A stretch of DNA of 64,000 nucleotides from an uncultured Candidatus Saccharibacteria bacterium (GCA_964365955.1 CAYISA010000004.1:2939-66938); one strand, 5' to 3'. Counted from the first letter of the stretch, positions 18,117-31,501 are shown. A program made the numbers and translations. The notes: a model not told the origin generated them from the sequence alone.

Positions 18117-21100
18117 ATGTCCTCTATTATAAAACCCAAACTTTTTTCTTCGTATCAAGGTCCCGAATTCCCCCAGCCGCATTTGGCGGAACTGCAGATC
18201 AATTCGTATCGCTGGTTTGTCGAAAAAGGATTGCGCGAATTGTTTGAAGAAATTTCTCCCATTCGCGACCACACCGGGAACGAACTGGAACTTAGTTTCC
18301 TGGATTATAAATTCGACGAGCCGAAATATTCAGAAGAGAAGGCGAAAGAAAAAGACCAGACCTACGAAGCTTCTTTGCGTGTGAAGCTGAAGTTGGTTAA
18401 TAACATCATTAAACAGACGCAGGAACAGGAAGTCTACTTGGGCGATTTTCCCATTATGACGTCGCGCGGGACATTTATCGTGAACGGCGTTGAGCGCGTG
18501 ATCATTTCACAGCTGGTACGCTCCCCGGGCGCTTATTTGAGTGCAAATGTATACCGCGGCAGAAAACTATTCGGTTCAAAAATCATTCCGAACCGCGGCG
18601 TGTGGCTGGAATTTGAAACCGAAGCGGATGGATTTATCGGCGTGAAAATCGATCGCCGCCGCAAAGCGCCGGTAACACAGCTTTTGCGTATCTTTGGGCT
18701 CACGACGCAGGAAGAAATCCTTTCCACCTTCAAAGATGTGGACACTGGTCCCATCAAATACATGGAAGTGACGTTGCGGAAAGACGATGCAAAAACGGTG
18801 GAAGATTCGTATCTTGGTATTCACCAGCGTCTTCGTCCGGGAGATCTAACGACCGTGGAAAATGCAAAATCTCTTATTGATGCGGCCTTTTTCCGCTTTG
18901 ATCGCTATGATTTAAGCCAAGTAGGGCGTTTTAAAGTAAACCAGCGGCTTAATCTTTCTAAAAATAAGACGGGCATTTTGGATCGCGAGGATATTGTCGC
19001 GCTCCTGAAGGAAATCATTCGGATGAACAATACCTTAACTGCGGAACCCGATGATATTGATGCGCTTGGGAATCGTCGTATTCGCGCGGTCGGGGAATTG
19101 GTTCAGTCCCGTCTTCGCGTTGGATTTGCGCGTTTGCGCCGCGGAGTGCAGGATCGCATGTCCACGCTTGAGAAAAACACCATGCAGCCGGTGCAGCTGG
19201 TGAATTACAAATTACTAACGTCGGTGATCCGTGATTTTTTCTCCTCGTCTCCTCTCTCGCAATTTATGGAACAGGTGAATCCGCTCGCGGAGTTGGAGCA
19301 CAAACGCCGTCTTTCCGCGATGGGTCCCGGGGGACTTACACGGGAGCGCGCCGGATTTGAAGTGCGCGATGTACATCCGACTTTCTACGGACGTATTTGT
19401 CCTATCGCAACGCCCGAGGGTTCCAATATCGGACTGGTAAGCTATATGGCGAATCATGCGCGCGTGAACGCGTTTGGATTTTTGGAGACCCCGTATTTTA
19501 AGGTAAAAAAAGGAATAGTGACCGATACCGTGGAGTGGCTTGATGCCGTGAAGGAACGGGAATTCAATATCGCGCAGGCGGATGTTCGCACGAATGAAAA
19601 ACGAGTGCTCCTGGACGAGGTAGTGGTCGCGCGTGTGAAGGGGGAACCCGGAACATGCCTCGCGAAGGAGATGGATTATGTGGATGTCTCCGCAAATCAG
19701 CTGGTGAGTATCTCAACGGCGCTGATTCCCTTTTTGGAACACACCGATGCGAGCCGCGCACTCATGGGTTCGAATATGCAACGCCAAGCCGTACCTTCTA
19801 TACGCGCGGATGCGCCATATGTCGGTACGGGGAGCGAAGAACGCGCCGCGCATGATTCCCAGCAACTTATTTTAGCGGAAGAAGATGGAACTGTGGAAGA
19901 AGTGGACGCTCGCATGATCGCGGTGAAGGGAAGATCTGGATTAAAAAAGTATTCGATTCGGAAATTTGCACGCGCGAACCAGACGCCGTGTATCACACAG
20001 CGCCCGGTGGTAGGCGTGGGAGAAAAAGTGAAAAAGGGACAATTGCTTGCGGATGGTCCCTCTACGTCCGACGGAGTTTTGGCGCTTGGGCAAAATCTTG
20101 TTGTGGCATTCGTGCCGTGGCGCGGAGGAAATTTTGAAGACGCGATCGTCCTTTCGGAACGCATTGCACGCGATGATCGGTTCACATCCATTCATATCGA
20201 TACGCATACCTGTGCGGTACGCGATACAAAATTAGGTCCCGAAATGACAACGCCGGACATCCCGAACGTTGCGGAGGAAAAACTCCGCAATCTGGATGAA
20301 GAAGGAATCGTGCGTATTGGCGCCGAGGTACGGACGGGCGATATTTTGGTCGGAAAAATTTCTCCGAAAGGAGAATCGGAATTGAGTTCCGAAGAACGTT
20401 TACTACGCGCCATTTTTGGTGAAAAAGCGCGGGATGTGAAAGACAGTTCTCTTACGTTGCCGCATGGAAAAGAAGGGCGGATTATCGGCATCAAAATATT
20501 TTCTCGCGATCAAGGAGATAAACTTGAGCCGGGAATCATTAAAAAAATTCAGATCGAAGTAGCACAGCTCCGAAAAATTCGTGCTGGAGACAAACTCGCC
20601 GGGCGCCACGGGAATAAGGGCGTCATTTCGCAGGTGCGCCCCGTAGAAGACATGCCGTATCTGGAAGATGGAACGCCGGTGGATATCGTGTTGAATCCAC
20701 TCGGGGTTCCGTCGCGTATGAACTTGGGACAGATTCTTGAAACCCATCTCGGTATTGCCGCAAAACGCCAGGGATATCGCGCCGTGGTTCCGAATTTTGT
20801 GGGTCTCGGAGAGCAGGAAATAACCGCGGAGCTTGTCAAATCGGGCTTTTCCGCGGATGGAAAAGTTGCTCTCTATGACGGCATCACCGGAAATCTATTC
20901 AAAAATCGCGTGACGGTGGGAGTTATTTATATGATGAAGCTGAATCACCTCGTGGAAGACAAGATCCATATGCGCTCTACCGGTCCCTATTCGTTGATTA
21001 CACAGCAACCGTTGGGTGGCAAGGCGCAGATGGGAGGGCAGCGGTTCGGAGAAATGGAAGTGTGGGCGCTTGAAGGGTACGGTGCCGCGCATACGCTTCA

Positions 21101-21302
21101 AGAGATGCTTACGATAAAATCGGACGACGTGCTTGGCCGCTCGGCTGCATTCGAATCGATTATCCGCGGAACCGATATTAAAAAACCCAACATTCCAGCA
21201 TCGTTCAATGTATTGGTGAGCGAAATAAAATCGCTGGGGCTGGGCGTGAGCGCTGAGCACGAAACCGTAGAGGGAAAGGGCGACGAGGACGGGGGAATAT
21301 AA
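18117..21302 (+). CDS. rpoB: DNA-directed RNA polymerase subunit beta
   Basis: 1061 aa. Conserved RpoB blocks including the rifampicin-cluster region and C-terminal GGQRFGEMEVWALEAYGAA. Confidence 0.95.
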   Translation: MSSIIKPKLFSSYQGPEFPQPHLAELQINSYRWFVEKGLRELFEEISPIRDHTGNELELSFLDYKFDEPKYSEEKAKEKDQTYEASLRVKLKLVNNIIKQTQEQEVYLGDFPIMTSRGTFIVNGVERVIISQLVRSPGAYLSANVYRGRKLFGSKIIPNRGVWLEFETEADGFIGVKIDRRRKAPVTQLLRIFGLTTQEEILSTFKDVDTGPIKYMEVTLRKDDAKTVEDSYLGIHQRLRPGDLTTVENAKSLIDAAFFRFDRYDLSQVGRFKVNQRLNLSKNKTGILDREDIVALLKEIIRMNNTLTAEPDDIDALGNRRIRAVGELVQSRLRVGFARLRRGVQDRMSTLEKNTMQPVQLVNYKLLTSVIRDFFSSSPLSQFMEQVNPLAELEHKRRLSAMGPGGLTRERAGFEVRDVHPTFYGRICPIATPEGSNIGLVSYMANHARVNAFGFLETPYFKVKKGIVTDTVEWLDAVKEREFNIAQADVRTNEKRVLLDEVVVARVKGEPGTCLAKEMDYVDVSANQLVSISTALIPFLEHTDASRALMGSNMQRQAVPSIRADAPYVGTGSEERAAHDSQQLILAEEDGTVEEVDARMIAVKGRSGLKKYSIRKFARANQTPCITQRPVVGVGEKVKKGQLLADGPSTSDGVLALGQNLVVAFVPWRGGNFEDAIVLSERIARDDRFTSIHIDTHTCAVRDTKLGPEMTTPDIPNVAEEKLRNLDEEGIVRIGAEVRTGDILVGKISPKGESELSSEERLLRAIFGEKARDVKDSSLTLPHGKEGRIIGIKIFSRDQGDKLEPGIIKKIQIEVAQLRKIRAGDKLAGRHGNKGVISQVRPVEDMPYLEDGTPVDIVLNPLGVPSRMNLGQILETHLGIAAKRQGYRAVVPNFVGLGEQEITAELVKSGFSADGKVALYDGITGNLFKNRVTVGVIYMMKLNHLVEDKIHMRSTGPYSLITQQPLGGKAQMGGQRFGEMEVWALEGYGAAHTLQEMLTIKSDDVLGRSAAFESIIRGTDIKKPNIPASFNVLVSEIKSLGLGVSAEHETVEGKGDEDGGI

Positions 21303-21319
21303 TTTCTTTATAACATACT

Positions 21320-25018
<3,699 letters not shown>

Positions 25019-25022
25019 ACAA

Positions 25023-25475
25023 TTGACCCTTTTTTCTACTTCTGATACTATGATGAACGTAATGGAAGATACGCTAAACGATAGGATTCTGGCATATGAG
25101 ATGCTGGCGCTCGGAAAAACCGAAGATTTCAGTCTTGTAAAAAAGAACATACTGAAACACGGGGGCGTTGTATTGTCTGAAAAACCGGTACAAAAAATTA
25201 AACTCGCTTACCCGATCCAGAAGCAGCAATTTTGCTTCTCCGCGAATTTCGAGTTTTCCATGCCGCCAGAAGGGCTTAAAATGCTCTCGGGCGATCTGCG
25301 ACTCGACGATTCGTTATTGCGCCATTCCACCTACTATGTGCTTGCCAAGGAAGAAAAACGGGTGGAAAAACCGATGGTGCGCCGCGGGGTAGCGTCACGG
25401 GTTATGCGAAAACCGACCGACGCGATGCTAACAAACGAAGCGCTCGAGAAAAAGATCGAGGAAATATTACAATGA
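25023..25475 (+). CDS. rpsF: 30S ribosomal protein S6
   Basis: S6-like core (YE...LAYPI.K..., RHSTYYV) directly upstream of ssb and rpsR. The true start may be an internal Met. Confidence 0.6.
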   Translation: MTLFSTSDTMMNVMEDTLNDRILAYEMLALGKTEDFSLVKKNILKHGGVVLSEKPVQKIKLAYPIQKQQFCFSANFEFSMPPEGLKMLSGDLRLDDSLLRHSTYYVLAKEEKRVEKPMVRRGVASRVMRKPTDAMLTNEALEKKIEEILQ

Positions 25476-25942
25476 ATCTCAATAAAGTTTTTTTGGCGGG
25501 AAATCTTACACGCGATCCCGAATTGCGGCAAACCACGACGGGACAGTCCGTTACCACATTTGGGATGGCGACTAATTCTTTTTATACGGATAAGGCCGGA
25601 CAGCGCCAGAAGAAAGCCGAGTTTCATACCGTGGTGGCATGGGGGAAACAAGCCGAATTGATCAGCCGATTTTTGAAGAAAGGAAGTTTGGCGCTCGTAG
25701 AGGGGCGGCTTCAGACGCGTAGCTGGGAAGATAAGCAAGGGCAGAAGCGCCAAACAACGGAAGTGGTGTGCGATAAAATCCAGTTCGGTCCTCGACCCGG
25801 CAGCGGAAGCGGAGTCGGGGCAGGTGGTCCCATAGATCGCGAAATGCCGCCCGAGGCGTTCACGGATAACACAAAAGAAGAGATATTGCCGGAAATCAAT
25901 ATCGAAGAAGGAGATATAAAAGCAGACGACATTCCATTTTAA
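25472..25942 (+). CDS. ssb: Single-stranded DNA-binding protein
   Basis: OB-fold SSB N-terminus MNLNKVFLAGNLTRDPELR, Gly-rich linker and acidic C-terminal tail ending DIPF. Confidence 0.9.
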   Translation: MNLNKVFLAGNLTRDPELRQTTTGQSVTTFGMATNSFYTDKAGQRQKKAEFHTVVAWGKQAELISRFLKKGSLALVEGRLQTRSWEDKQGQKRQTTEVVCDKIQFGPRPGSGSGVGAGGPIDREMPPEAFTDNTKEEILPEINIEEGDIKADDIPF

Positions 25943-25945
25943 TTT

Positions 25946-26170
25946 TTGCCATTTATGATGACACCCAAAGCAAGACAGTGCGTATTTTGTTCCCAAAATA
26001 TCAAAACAATCGATTATAAAGACGGGGAACTCCTGCGCCGTTTTGTTTCAAGCCAGGCGAAAATTATTGATCCGCTTCACACGGGCGTGTGTGCCAAGCA
26101 CCAGCGCCGGCTTGCAAACGCGATCAAGCGGGCGCGTATTATGGGGCTTCTTCCGTTCGTGCGCAGATAA
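25946..26170 (+). CDS. rpsR: 30S ribosomal protein S18
   Basis: 74 aa, S18 signature ...CxFC...IDYKD...LRRFVS.... Confidence 0.85.
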   Translation: MPFMMTPKARQCVFCSQNIKTIDYKDGELLRRFVSSQAKIIDPLHTGVCAKHQRRLANAIKRARIMGLLPFVRR

Positions 26171-26172
26171 CT

Positions 26173-26748
26173 ATGACGTGGGAAATCAATTTGTTTAACG
26201 CGATGCACGGGATTGTAGGACAATCCAGTCTTTTTGATTTTTTTATTGTGCTTGCGGCGCAGTATCTCCCCTATGCCGTTGTTGTGGCGGCTTTGTTTTT
26301 CTTTTTCACGCGCAAACCGGCCCGCATGCGTTTATGGACTTTGTTCGTGGTCACGCTCACTATTATTCTTTCCCGTGGAATCGTAACGGAACTCATCCGC
26401 TTTTTTTATTCTCGATCTCGGCCGCATATCGCGCTTGGGTTTGATCCTCTGGTGCAGGCCTCCACATCTTCTTTTCCTTCCGGCCACGCGGTGCTGTTTT
26501 TTGCTCTCGCTTCCGTTATCTATGTATTTGATAAAGGATGGGGGAGATGGTTTTGGGGTTTCGCGGTCGTGAATACTCTTGCGCGTATTGTGGCGGGTGT
26601 GCACTGGCCCACGGATATTGTGGGCGGGCTTATTGTAGCAATAATCTCGTTTTACGTGATACGAGCCTTAACCAAAAAATACGCCCCGAAAAATTCAACG
26701 CCAGCATCTGATCTGCCGCTGGCGCCGGAGATTCAGCAAGAAACATAA
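26173..26748 (+). CDS. PAP2 family phosphatase (undecaprenyl-diphosphatase-like)
   Basis: Membrane protein with PAP2 motifs (...SRP..., PSGH, ...H..D). Start moved to the MTWEINLF Met (track 26089 overlaps rpsR). Confidence 0.7.
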   Translation: MTWEINLFNAMHGIVGQSSLFDFFIVLAAQYLPYAVVVAALFFFFTRKPARMRLWTLFVVTLTIILSRGIVTELIRFFYSRSRPHIALGFDPLVQASTSSFPSGHAVLFFALASVIYVFDKGWGRWFWGFAVVNTLARIVAGVHWPTDIVGGLIVAIISFYVIRALTKKYAPKNSTPASDLPLAPEIQQET

Positions 26749-26778
26749 ACCCCGCACAATTGCGGGGTTTATGTTTTG
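26749..26778 (+). terminator. Intrinsic terminator after the PAP2 gene
   Basis: ccccgcacaattgcgggg hairpin followed by a tttatgtttt tract. Confidence 0.6.
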
Positions 26779-26992
26779 TCGGTACAGAATACTTGAATTA
26801 GTCCGAACGCACTTTTCCGAAAAATTCCCCCCGCGAAAATTCGAGAATGCAGCGGCCTGTACTGAGCGAAGTCGAAGTGAGCCGCACCGCTGACAATTTT
26901 CCTTCAGCTTTGTTCAGGACTTCGAGTCGTGAGCCTCAGTCGAACGATGGTGAGCCTGTCGAACCACAAGTTTTTCTTTGGCGGCATTAAAA

Positions 26993-27847
26993 TCATGACT
27001 TACTCAATTTCCTCTCCAAATCTTCTAAATAATAATATGGTGCCGATTTTAATTCAATCGCGTGTTTTACCTCTTCCCAAACTTGCTTTTTGTTTTTCTT
27101 TGCGATTTTCAATAAGAGTGCAAAGAAAGTGCAATTCTCGTGTTTTCCGGTTTCCTGTACATTTAGCATCTGGATTAAAATCGGCACTAAAATTTTCGGT
27201 GGGAATTTTAAAAGTTCCGAGACAGCTTTTCTATCATCAAAGATTTTATCGCCGATACGCTCAATTTTCTGTAAGACACTTCGCAACTTCTCTGCTTTTG
27301 ATTGGGGTAATTTTTGAAGATAAGTTTTTGTGTCAATGGTCTTTTGATCAACTAACTCTTTTTCTAAAAGTGCTACTACCCACTCGTCAGAAAGATTTAT
27401 TAAACTATGAAAATTACCCCAACCATTCTCTTTAAGAACATAAAACCAGTTTTTCCAGGATTTAAGCTGGCTTTTACAATATCTTTCAGAAAATTTTGCA
27501 TAAGCCGATGTTTTCTCCGTTGGGATATTGCGAGCAAGGGAAAAGTTAAATTTTATTTCTCCCACAAGCGGCTTAAATCCTTTCCTGTTCGGGTTGATTT
27601 TGCCAAGAATTTTTACTCTCGCTTTTCTAGCTTCAGGGTGTGGGTTCAACAGGTTTGCTTCGCTGCCGGTAAAGCCGTTTGGAGGAAATACAATAATTCT
27701 TTTTACAAGTTTTGTATCCTCGCTTTTCAAGCGAACAAAAAAACAAGCTGGTCTTGTAATTACTTCAGTGTCTCCGTTCGCAAGAAACTTTTTGAGAGTT
27801 TTTTGAAAAAGCGAGGATTTATAGATTTCATAAAAATTGGATTGCAT
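26993..27847 (-). CDS. Hypothetical protein in an AT-rich insertion
   Basis: 284 aa ORF, Lys-rich, no recognisable domain. Codon and GC usage visibly differ from flanking genes. Lies 3' of tRNA-Leu. Confidence 0.45.
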   Translation of the reverse strand: MQSNFYEIYKSSLFQKTLKKFLANGDTEVITRPACFFVRLKSEDTKLVKRIIVFPPNGFTGSEANLLNPHPEARKARVKILGKINPNRKGFKPLVGEIKFNFSLARNIPTEKTSAYAKFSERYCKSQLKSWKNWFYVLKENGWGNFHSLINLSDEWVVALLEKELVDQKTIDTKTYLQKLPQSKAEKLRSVLQKIERIGDKIFDDRKAVSELLKFPPKILVPILIQMLNVQETGKHENCTFFALLLKIAKKNKKQVWEEVKHAIELKSAPYYYLEDLERKLSKS

Positions 27848-27972
27848 AGTATGATTAAAAAAATTTCTTCCCCCAAAATGCGAAATCGCAAATTCATTTT
27901 TGCCCCCAAAATTGAATACGAATTAGTCGTCGAGCGAAGCGAGGCGAACCAAAACTCTTTGACTTTCCTTTC

Positions 27973-28059
27973 TGGTGCCCGGGGTGGGGGTCGAACCCAC
28001 ATGACCTTGCGATCACAGGATTTTGAGTCCTGCGCGTCTGCCGATTCCGCCACCCGGGC
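27973..28059 (-). tRNA. tRNA-Leu (anticodon CAA), type II with long variable arm, CCA encoded
   Basis: Reverse complement folds as GCCCGGG/CCCGGGC acceptor, anticodon loop CTCAAAA, T-arm GTGGGTTCGACCCCCAC, 3' ACCA. Confidence 0.85.
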
Positions 28060-28063
28060 AAAA

Positions 28064-28543
28064 TTATTGTATCCTTTTTAAAATCTCTGACTCATCAAAA
28101 TCACTACGCGATAATTTTTTGTATTGTTTTTGCATCGCGTCCACAAGAAAGGGAATAGGTTCCCAGCTAAAATATTTTTCTCCTCCGAAATGTTTCTCGG
28201 TACTTATTACCTGTTCCTGCTTGGAACTTGTCAGTTTGCAGAGAAAATACAGTGTAGTTTTCTGCACCTCTGCACGTTCCCAGTTTTTGAATGTGCTTGT
28301 TAACGATCCGAGGTATCCTTCTACGGCCCCGAGTATTCCAAATTCTTCCCGAAGTCCGCGCTGTACCGCTCCTTCCAGTGATTCTCCGGGGCGTACGGTT
28401 TCGCGCATGAGGTAATAGATATCAGTACCGTCAGGTGTTCGTTCATGGTGGCATGCAACTTCGCCATTTTTATTCGTTACCACAGCACCCACAGAAAGAT
28501 GGAAAGGCGACTTTTTTTGGCCAATAAAGTAGTGTAATTCCAC
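28064..28543 (-). CDS. NUDIX hydrolase
   Basis: NUDIX box RPGESLEGAVQRGLREEFGI (Gx5Ex7REUxEExGU). 159 aa. Confidence 0.7.
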   Translation of the reverse strand: MELHYFIGQKKSPFHLSVGAVVTNKNGEVACHHERTPDGTDIYYLMRETVRPGESLEGAVQRGLREEFGILGAVEGYLGSLTSTFKNWERAEVQKTTLYFLCKLTSSKQEQVISTEKHFGGEKYFSWEPIPFLVDAMQKQYKKLSRSDFDESEILKRIQ

Positions 28544-28567
28544 GGGTAGATTTTATCATCCCGCTAT

Positions 28568-29491
28568 ATGAAAAGCAACGGAATTTCGGGTAAAATGAAT
28601 GTATCTATGGCGCGTGTCATTGCGATTTGCAACCAGAAAGGCGGGGTGGGGAAAACCACGACTTCAATGAATTTAAGCGCGTATTTGGCGCTTCTTGGAA
28701 AAAAGACATTGCTCATCGATTTTGATCCGCAATTTAACGCGACCGTGGGCGTGGGAGCCATTCATGCGCCGGACGAAACCATTTATCATGCGCTTCTTGT
28801 GGATGTCCCCGTCGAACGCGTCATTAAACAAACCTATCTCTCGAATCTTGAGATCGCGCCGGCATCGGCCGATCTTGCGGGAGCTTTGGTTGAGCTGGTG
28901 AATCTGGAAAATCGCGAAACTTACCTTCGCCGTTTTGTGGATGGCGTGCGGGATCGTTACGATTTTATCATTATTGATTTAGGGCCGAGTCTACATCTTT
29001 TGACCATTAATGGACTCTTGGCGGCAGATGAAGTAATCGTCCCCATCCAGTGCGAGTATTACGCGCTTGAAGGATTAAGCCAGCTTTTACAAACGATTGA
29101 TCTGGTTCGCAGTAATCTGGAGCATCCGTTGAAAGTCGGAGGAGCGCTTCTTACCATGTACGACAAGCGGGAAAAACTTTCGCGCGAGATTGCGCGGGAA
29201 GTGCGGCGACGGTTTCCGTATCACGTCTACGATGTAGAGATTCCCCGTTCCGTGGGGCTCGCGGAGGCGCCGCGCTACAAAAAACCCATTATGCTGTATG
29301 CACCGCAGAGCCCTGGGGCGACAGCGTATGAGCGTTTGGCACAGGAAGTGATTGAGCAGAACAACGAAGTATGGCCTCGCCCCAAAGAAGAAGATAAAAA
29401 AGAGCCCTATTTTAAGGAAAATTTTACCCCGAGTTCCGAGTTTACGGCAAAAAACAGACCGGAAGAGAAGTGGGATCTGTCCGAGATGTAA
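28568..29491 (+). CDS. parA: ParA/Soj family partition ATPase
   Basis: Deviant Walker A KGGVGKTTT, ParA/MinD fold motifs. 307 aa with a Lys/Glu-rich C-terminal tail. Confidence 0.85.
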   Translation: MKSNGISGKMNVSMARVIAICNQKGGVGKTTTSMNLSAYLALLGKKTLLIDFDPQFNATVGVGAIHAPDETIYHALLVDVPVERVIKQTYLSNLEIAPASADLAGALVELVNLENRETYLRRFVDGVRDRYDFIIIDLGPSLHLLTINGLLAADEVIVPIQCEYYALEGLSQLLQTIDLVRSNLEHPLKVGGALLTMYDKREKLSREIAREVRRRFPYHVYDVEIPRSVGLAEAPRYKKPIMLYAPQSPGATAYERLAQEVIEQNNEVWPRPKEEDKKEPYFKENFTPSSEFTAKNRPEEKWDLSEM

Positions 29492-29516
29492 AAAAGTTTT
29501 CCACTGTGGACAACCG

Positions 29517-29546
29517 TTGACACGCACCCTGCAGATGCTAAAATTT
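29517..29546 (+). promoter_or_regulatory. Sigma70-like promoter in the parA-parB spacer
   Basis: TTGACA (29517-29522), 16-nt spacer, TAAAAT. Confidence 0.35.
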
Positions 29547-29845
29547 TCCTTGCGTTCGCTTTGAAGCGGGTACGGCTTGGCAGGCGATCTAGTTGCAAAT
29601 AGAGCGCAGGCTTGGACGGATTCGTAGAGATGTTGGACGCACGTATATGTACGTTTCTGAAACAGAGGTTAAGTGCGGACTGCAAGGCGGAAAGGTAGTA
29701 GCTTAAATTTCGAGCGTTGCTCTTTATACTTTAATTATAAATATACCTCGAAATACTTTAGGCGAACCCCTCCTTCCTCGCGGTCTTCATACGACCTCTG
29801 TTTTAGTTTCTATTTTTGCCGCGGGCATACTACAATAAGAGAACG

Positions 29846-30862
29846 ATGCAAGGAAAAGGACTGGAATCATTAATCCCAAAAAAAGCGAATGTTGCACCGC
29901 CGCAACCAATGGCGCCCGTTTCGCCGCTTTCCGATGTCCCGCACGGCGAATATCGCCCACACGAACAAGGATGGGAAACGCCTGCACCGCTTTCGTACCA
30001 CACCATCACGCACGATGACCGGCCGCGCGTGATCGATCATGGGGTGCCCAAGCCATTTCCAAAATCGGAATCCATTTTTCATATTGAGATAGAAAAAATT
30101 CGGCCGAACCCCTATCAACCGCGGCATGAGTTCAATCCGGAGGCACTTGAAGAGCTGGCGCAGTCTATCCGCGAATTCGGCATCATTCAGCCACTCGTGG
30201 TTACAAAGATCGAGCGCGAAAACACCTATGGTACGGAAGTCGAATATCAATTGATAGCGGGGGAGCGCCGTTTGATGGCGGCAAAAAAAGCGGGCCTTGA
30301 GCGCGTGCCGGTGATTGTGCGTCAGGTGGGCGATGCGCGTGCAAAACTGGAGATGGCGCTCATCGAGAACATTCAGCGCAGTAATCTTAACCCCATGGAA
30401 TCCGCACGCGCTTACGCACGGCTTCAGGATGAGTTTGGGCTTGCACAGCGAGAAATTGCCGTTCGGGTCGGGAAAAGCCGGGAGGCGGTGGCGAATACGA
30501 TGCGTCTTTTAAATCTGCCTATCCAGATTCAAGAGGCCATCTCGACTGGGAAAATGAGTGAATCGCAGGCACGGACGTTGCTTTCCGTTGAAAATCACGA
30601 AGAGCAGATGAACACATTTGGGAGAATCTTAGAGAGCAAGATTAGCGTTCGGACGCTTCGTGAGGAAGTAGCCAAAAAATCCCAGAATCCGACTGTAGTG
30701 GACCCGCAAGAGAGTTATTGGGAGAAACGGCTGGAGGAAGGAATCGGGGCTCCCGTGAAAGTGGTGTCGAACGGGGCTCGTGGCAAAATTGTGATCCAGT
30801 TCTATTCCCTGGAAGAAAAACGGAGTATTTTTGAGAAATTAGTGGGAGAGGTAGAGGAATAG
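29846..30862 (+). CDS. parB: ParB/Spo0J family partition protein
   Basis: ParB box IAGERR, HTH region, N-terminal ParB domain GLESLIP. Track start 29816. The MQGKG Met is preferred. Confidence 0.8.
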   Translation: MQGKGLESLIPKKANVAPPQPMAPVSPLSDVPHGEYRPHEQGWETPAPLSYHTITHDDRPRVIDHGVPKPFPKSESIFHIEIEKIRPNPYQPRHEFNPEALEELAQSIREFGIIQPLVVTKIERENTYGTEVEYQLIAGERRLMAAKKAGLERVPVIVRQVGDARAKLEMALIENIQRSNLNPMESARAYARLQDEFGLAQREIAVRVGKSREAVANTMRLLNLPIQIQEAISTGKMSESQARTLLSVENHEEQMNTFGRILESKISVRTLREEVAKKSQNPTVVDPQESYWEKRLEEGIGAPVKVVSNGARGKIVIQFYSLEEKRSIFEKLVGEVEE

Positions 30863-30981
30863 TTGACTTTTTATCAGCAATAAGTACTATAGAGGTATCC
30901 GTAGACAGTAGGCACCCTGAGCTTGTCGAGGGGAGAAGACCTACCGAGGAGATTGGGGATATTCCCTGAAATCAGTCGTGT

Positions 30982-31005
30982 CTGCGGTTCAAACCGCAGT
31001 TTTTA
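30982..31005 (+). promoter_or_regulatory. rplJ leader hairpin plus U-tract (putative L10 leader attenuator)
   Basis: ctgcggttcaaaccgcag then ttttta, ending 5 nt before the rplJ ATG. A TTGACT/TACTAT promoter lies at about 30864-30895. Confidence 0.5.
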
Positions 31006-31009
31006 TTTC

Positions 31010-31501
31010 ATGAAGACAAAAGCACAAAAGCAAAAAGTTGTAGAGGACGCGGTGGCGAACCTCAAAAAAAGCGAAACCGTAATTTTTACGGATTTTACGG
31101 GCATTCCCGTAAATGACGTGAATCAATTGAGGAAAACACTCAAAGCGATGGGGGGCGCGCTTACGGTAATTCGAAAACGATTGGTTAAAATTATTTTTGA
31201 GAAAGAAGAAATGGAGTTCGATCCGAAGCAGTTTACAGGCCAGACCGCCGTAGTCATGTCGCCTAAGGACTTGGTGGAGACGGCAAATACAGTTTATAAA
31301 TTTTCGAAGGGACGCGAGCTCTTCAAAATTTTGGGCGGATTCGATCTTAAGGAAAAAAAGTTCATGAATGCGGCAGACGTAAAAATGTTGGGCCAACTCC
31401 CCGGGCGCGAGGCGCTCTTGGGTCAGTTAGCGTTCATGCTTACCGTTCCGATTAAAAAACTTTTGTTCGTAATGAACGAACAGTCGAAAAAGTCCGCATA
31501 A
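31010..31501 (+). CDS. rplJ: 50S ribosomal protein L10
   Basis: [31 protein letters not shown]... typical L10 N-terminus, immediately upstream of rplL. Confidence 0.8.
   Translation: MKTKAQKQKVVEDAVANLKKSETVIFTDFTGIPVNDVNQLRKTLKAMGGALTVIRKRLVKIIFEKEEMEFDPKQFTGQTAVVMSPKDLVETANTVYKFSKGRELFKILGGFDLKEKKFMNAADVKMLGQLPGREALLGQLAFMLTVPIKKLLFVMNEQSKKSA

Noticed and set aside
26929-28081. Plus-strand ORFs 26929-27435 and 27407-28081
   Set aside because: They are low-complexity, antisense to the 284-aa gene, and the second runs through the tRNA-Leu gene. Spurious.
29492-29845. RNase P RNA, tmRNA or SRP RNA in the parA-parB spacer
   Set aside because: No match by eye to the conserved P4 (AGGAAAGUCCGG / ACAGAAACCCGGCUUA), the tmRNA tag/TLD end, or the SRP domain IV (GGAAGCAGCC) motifs. 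Retained only as a low-interest unexplained spacer.
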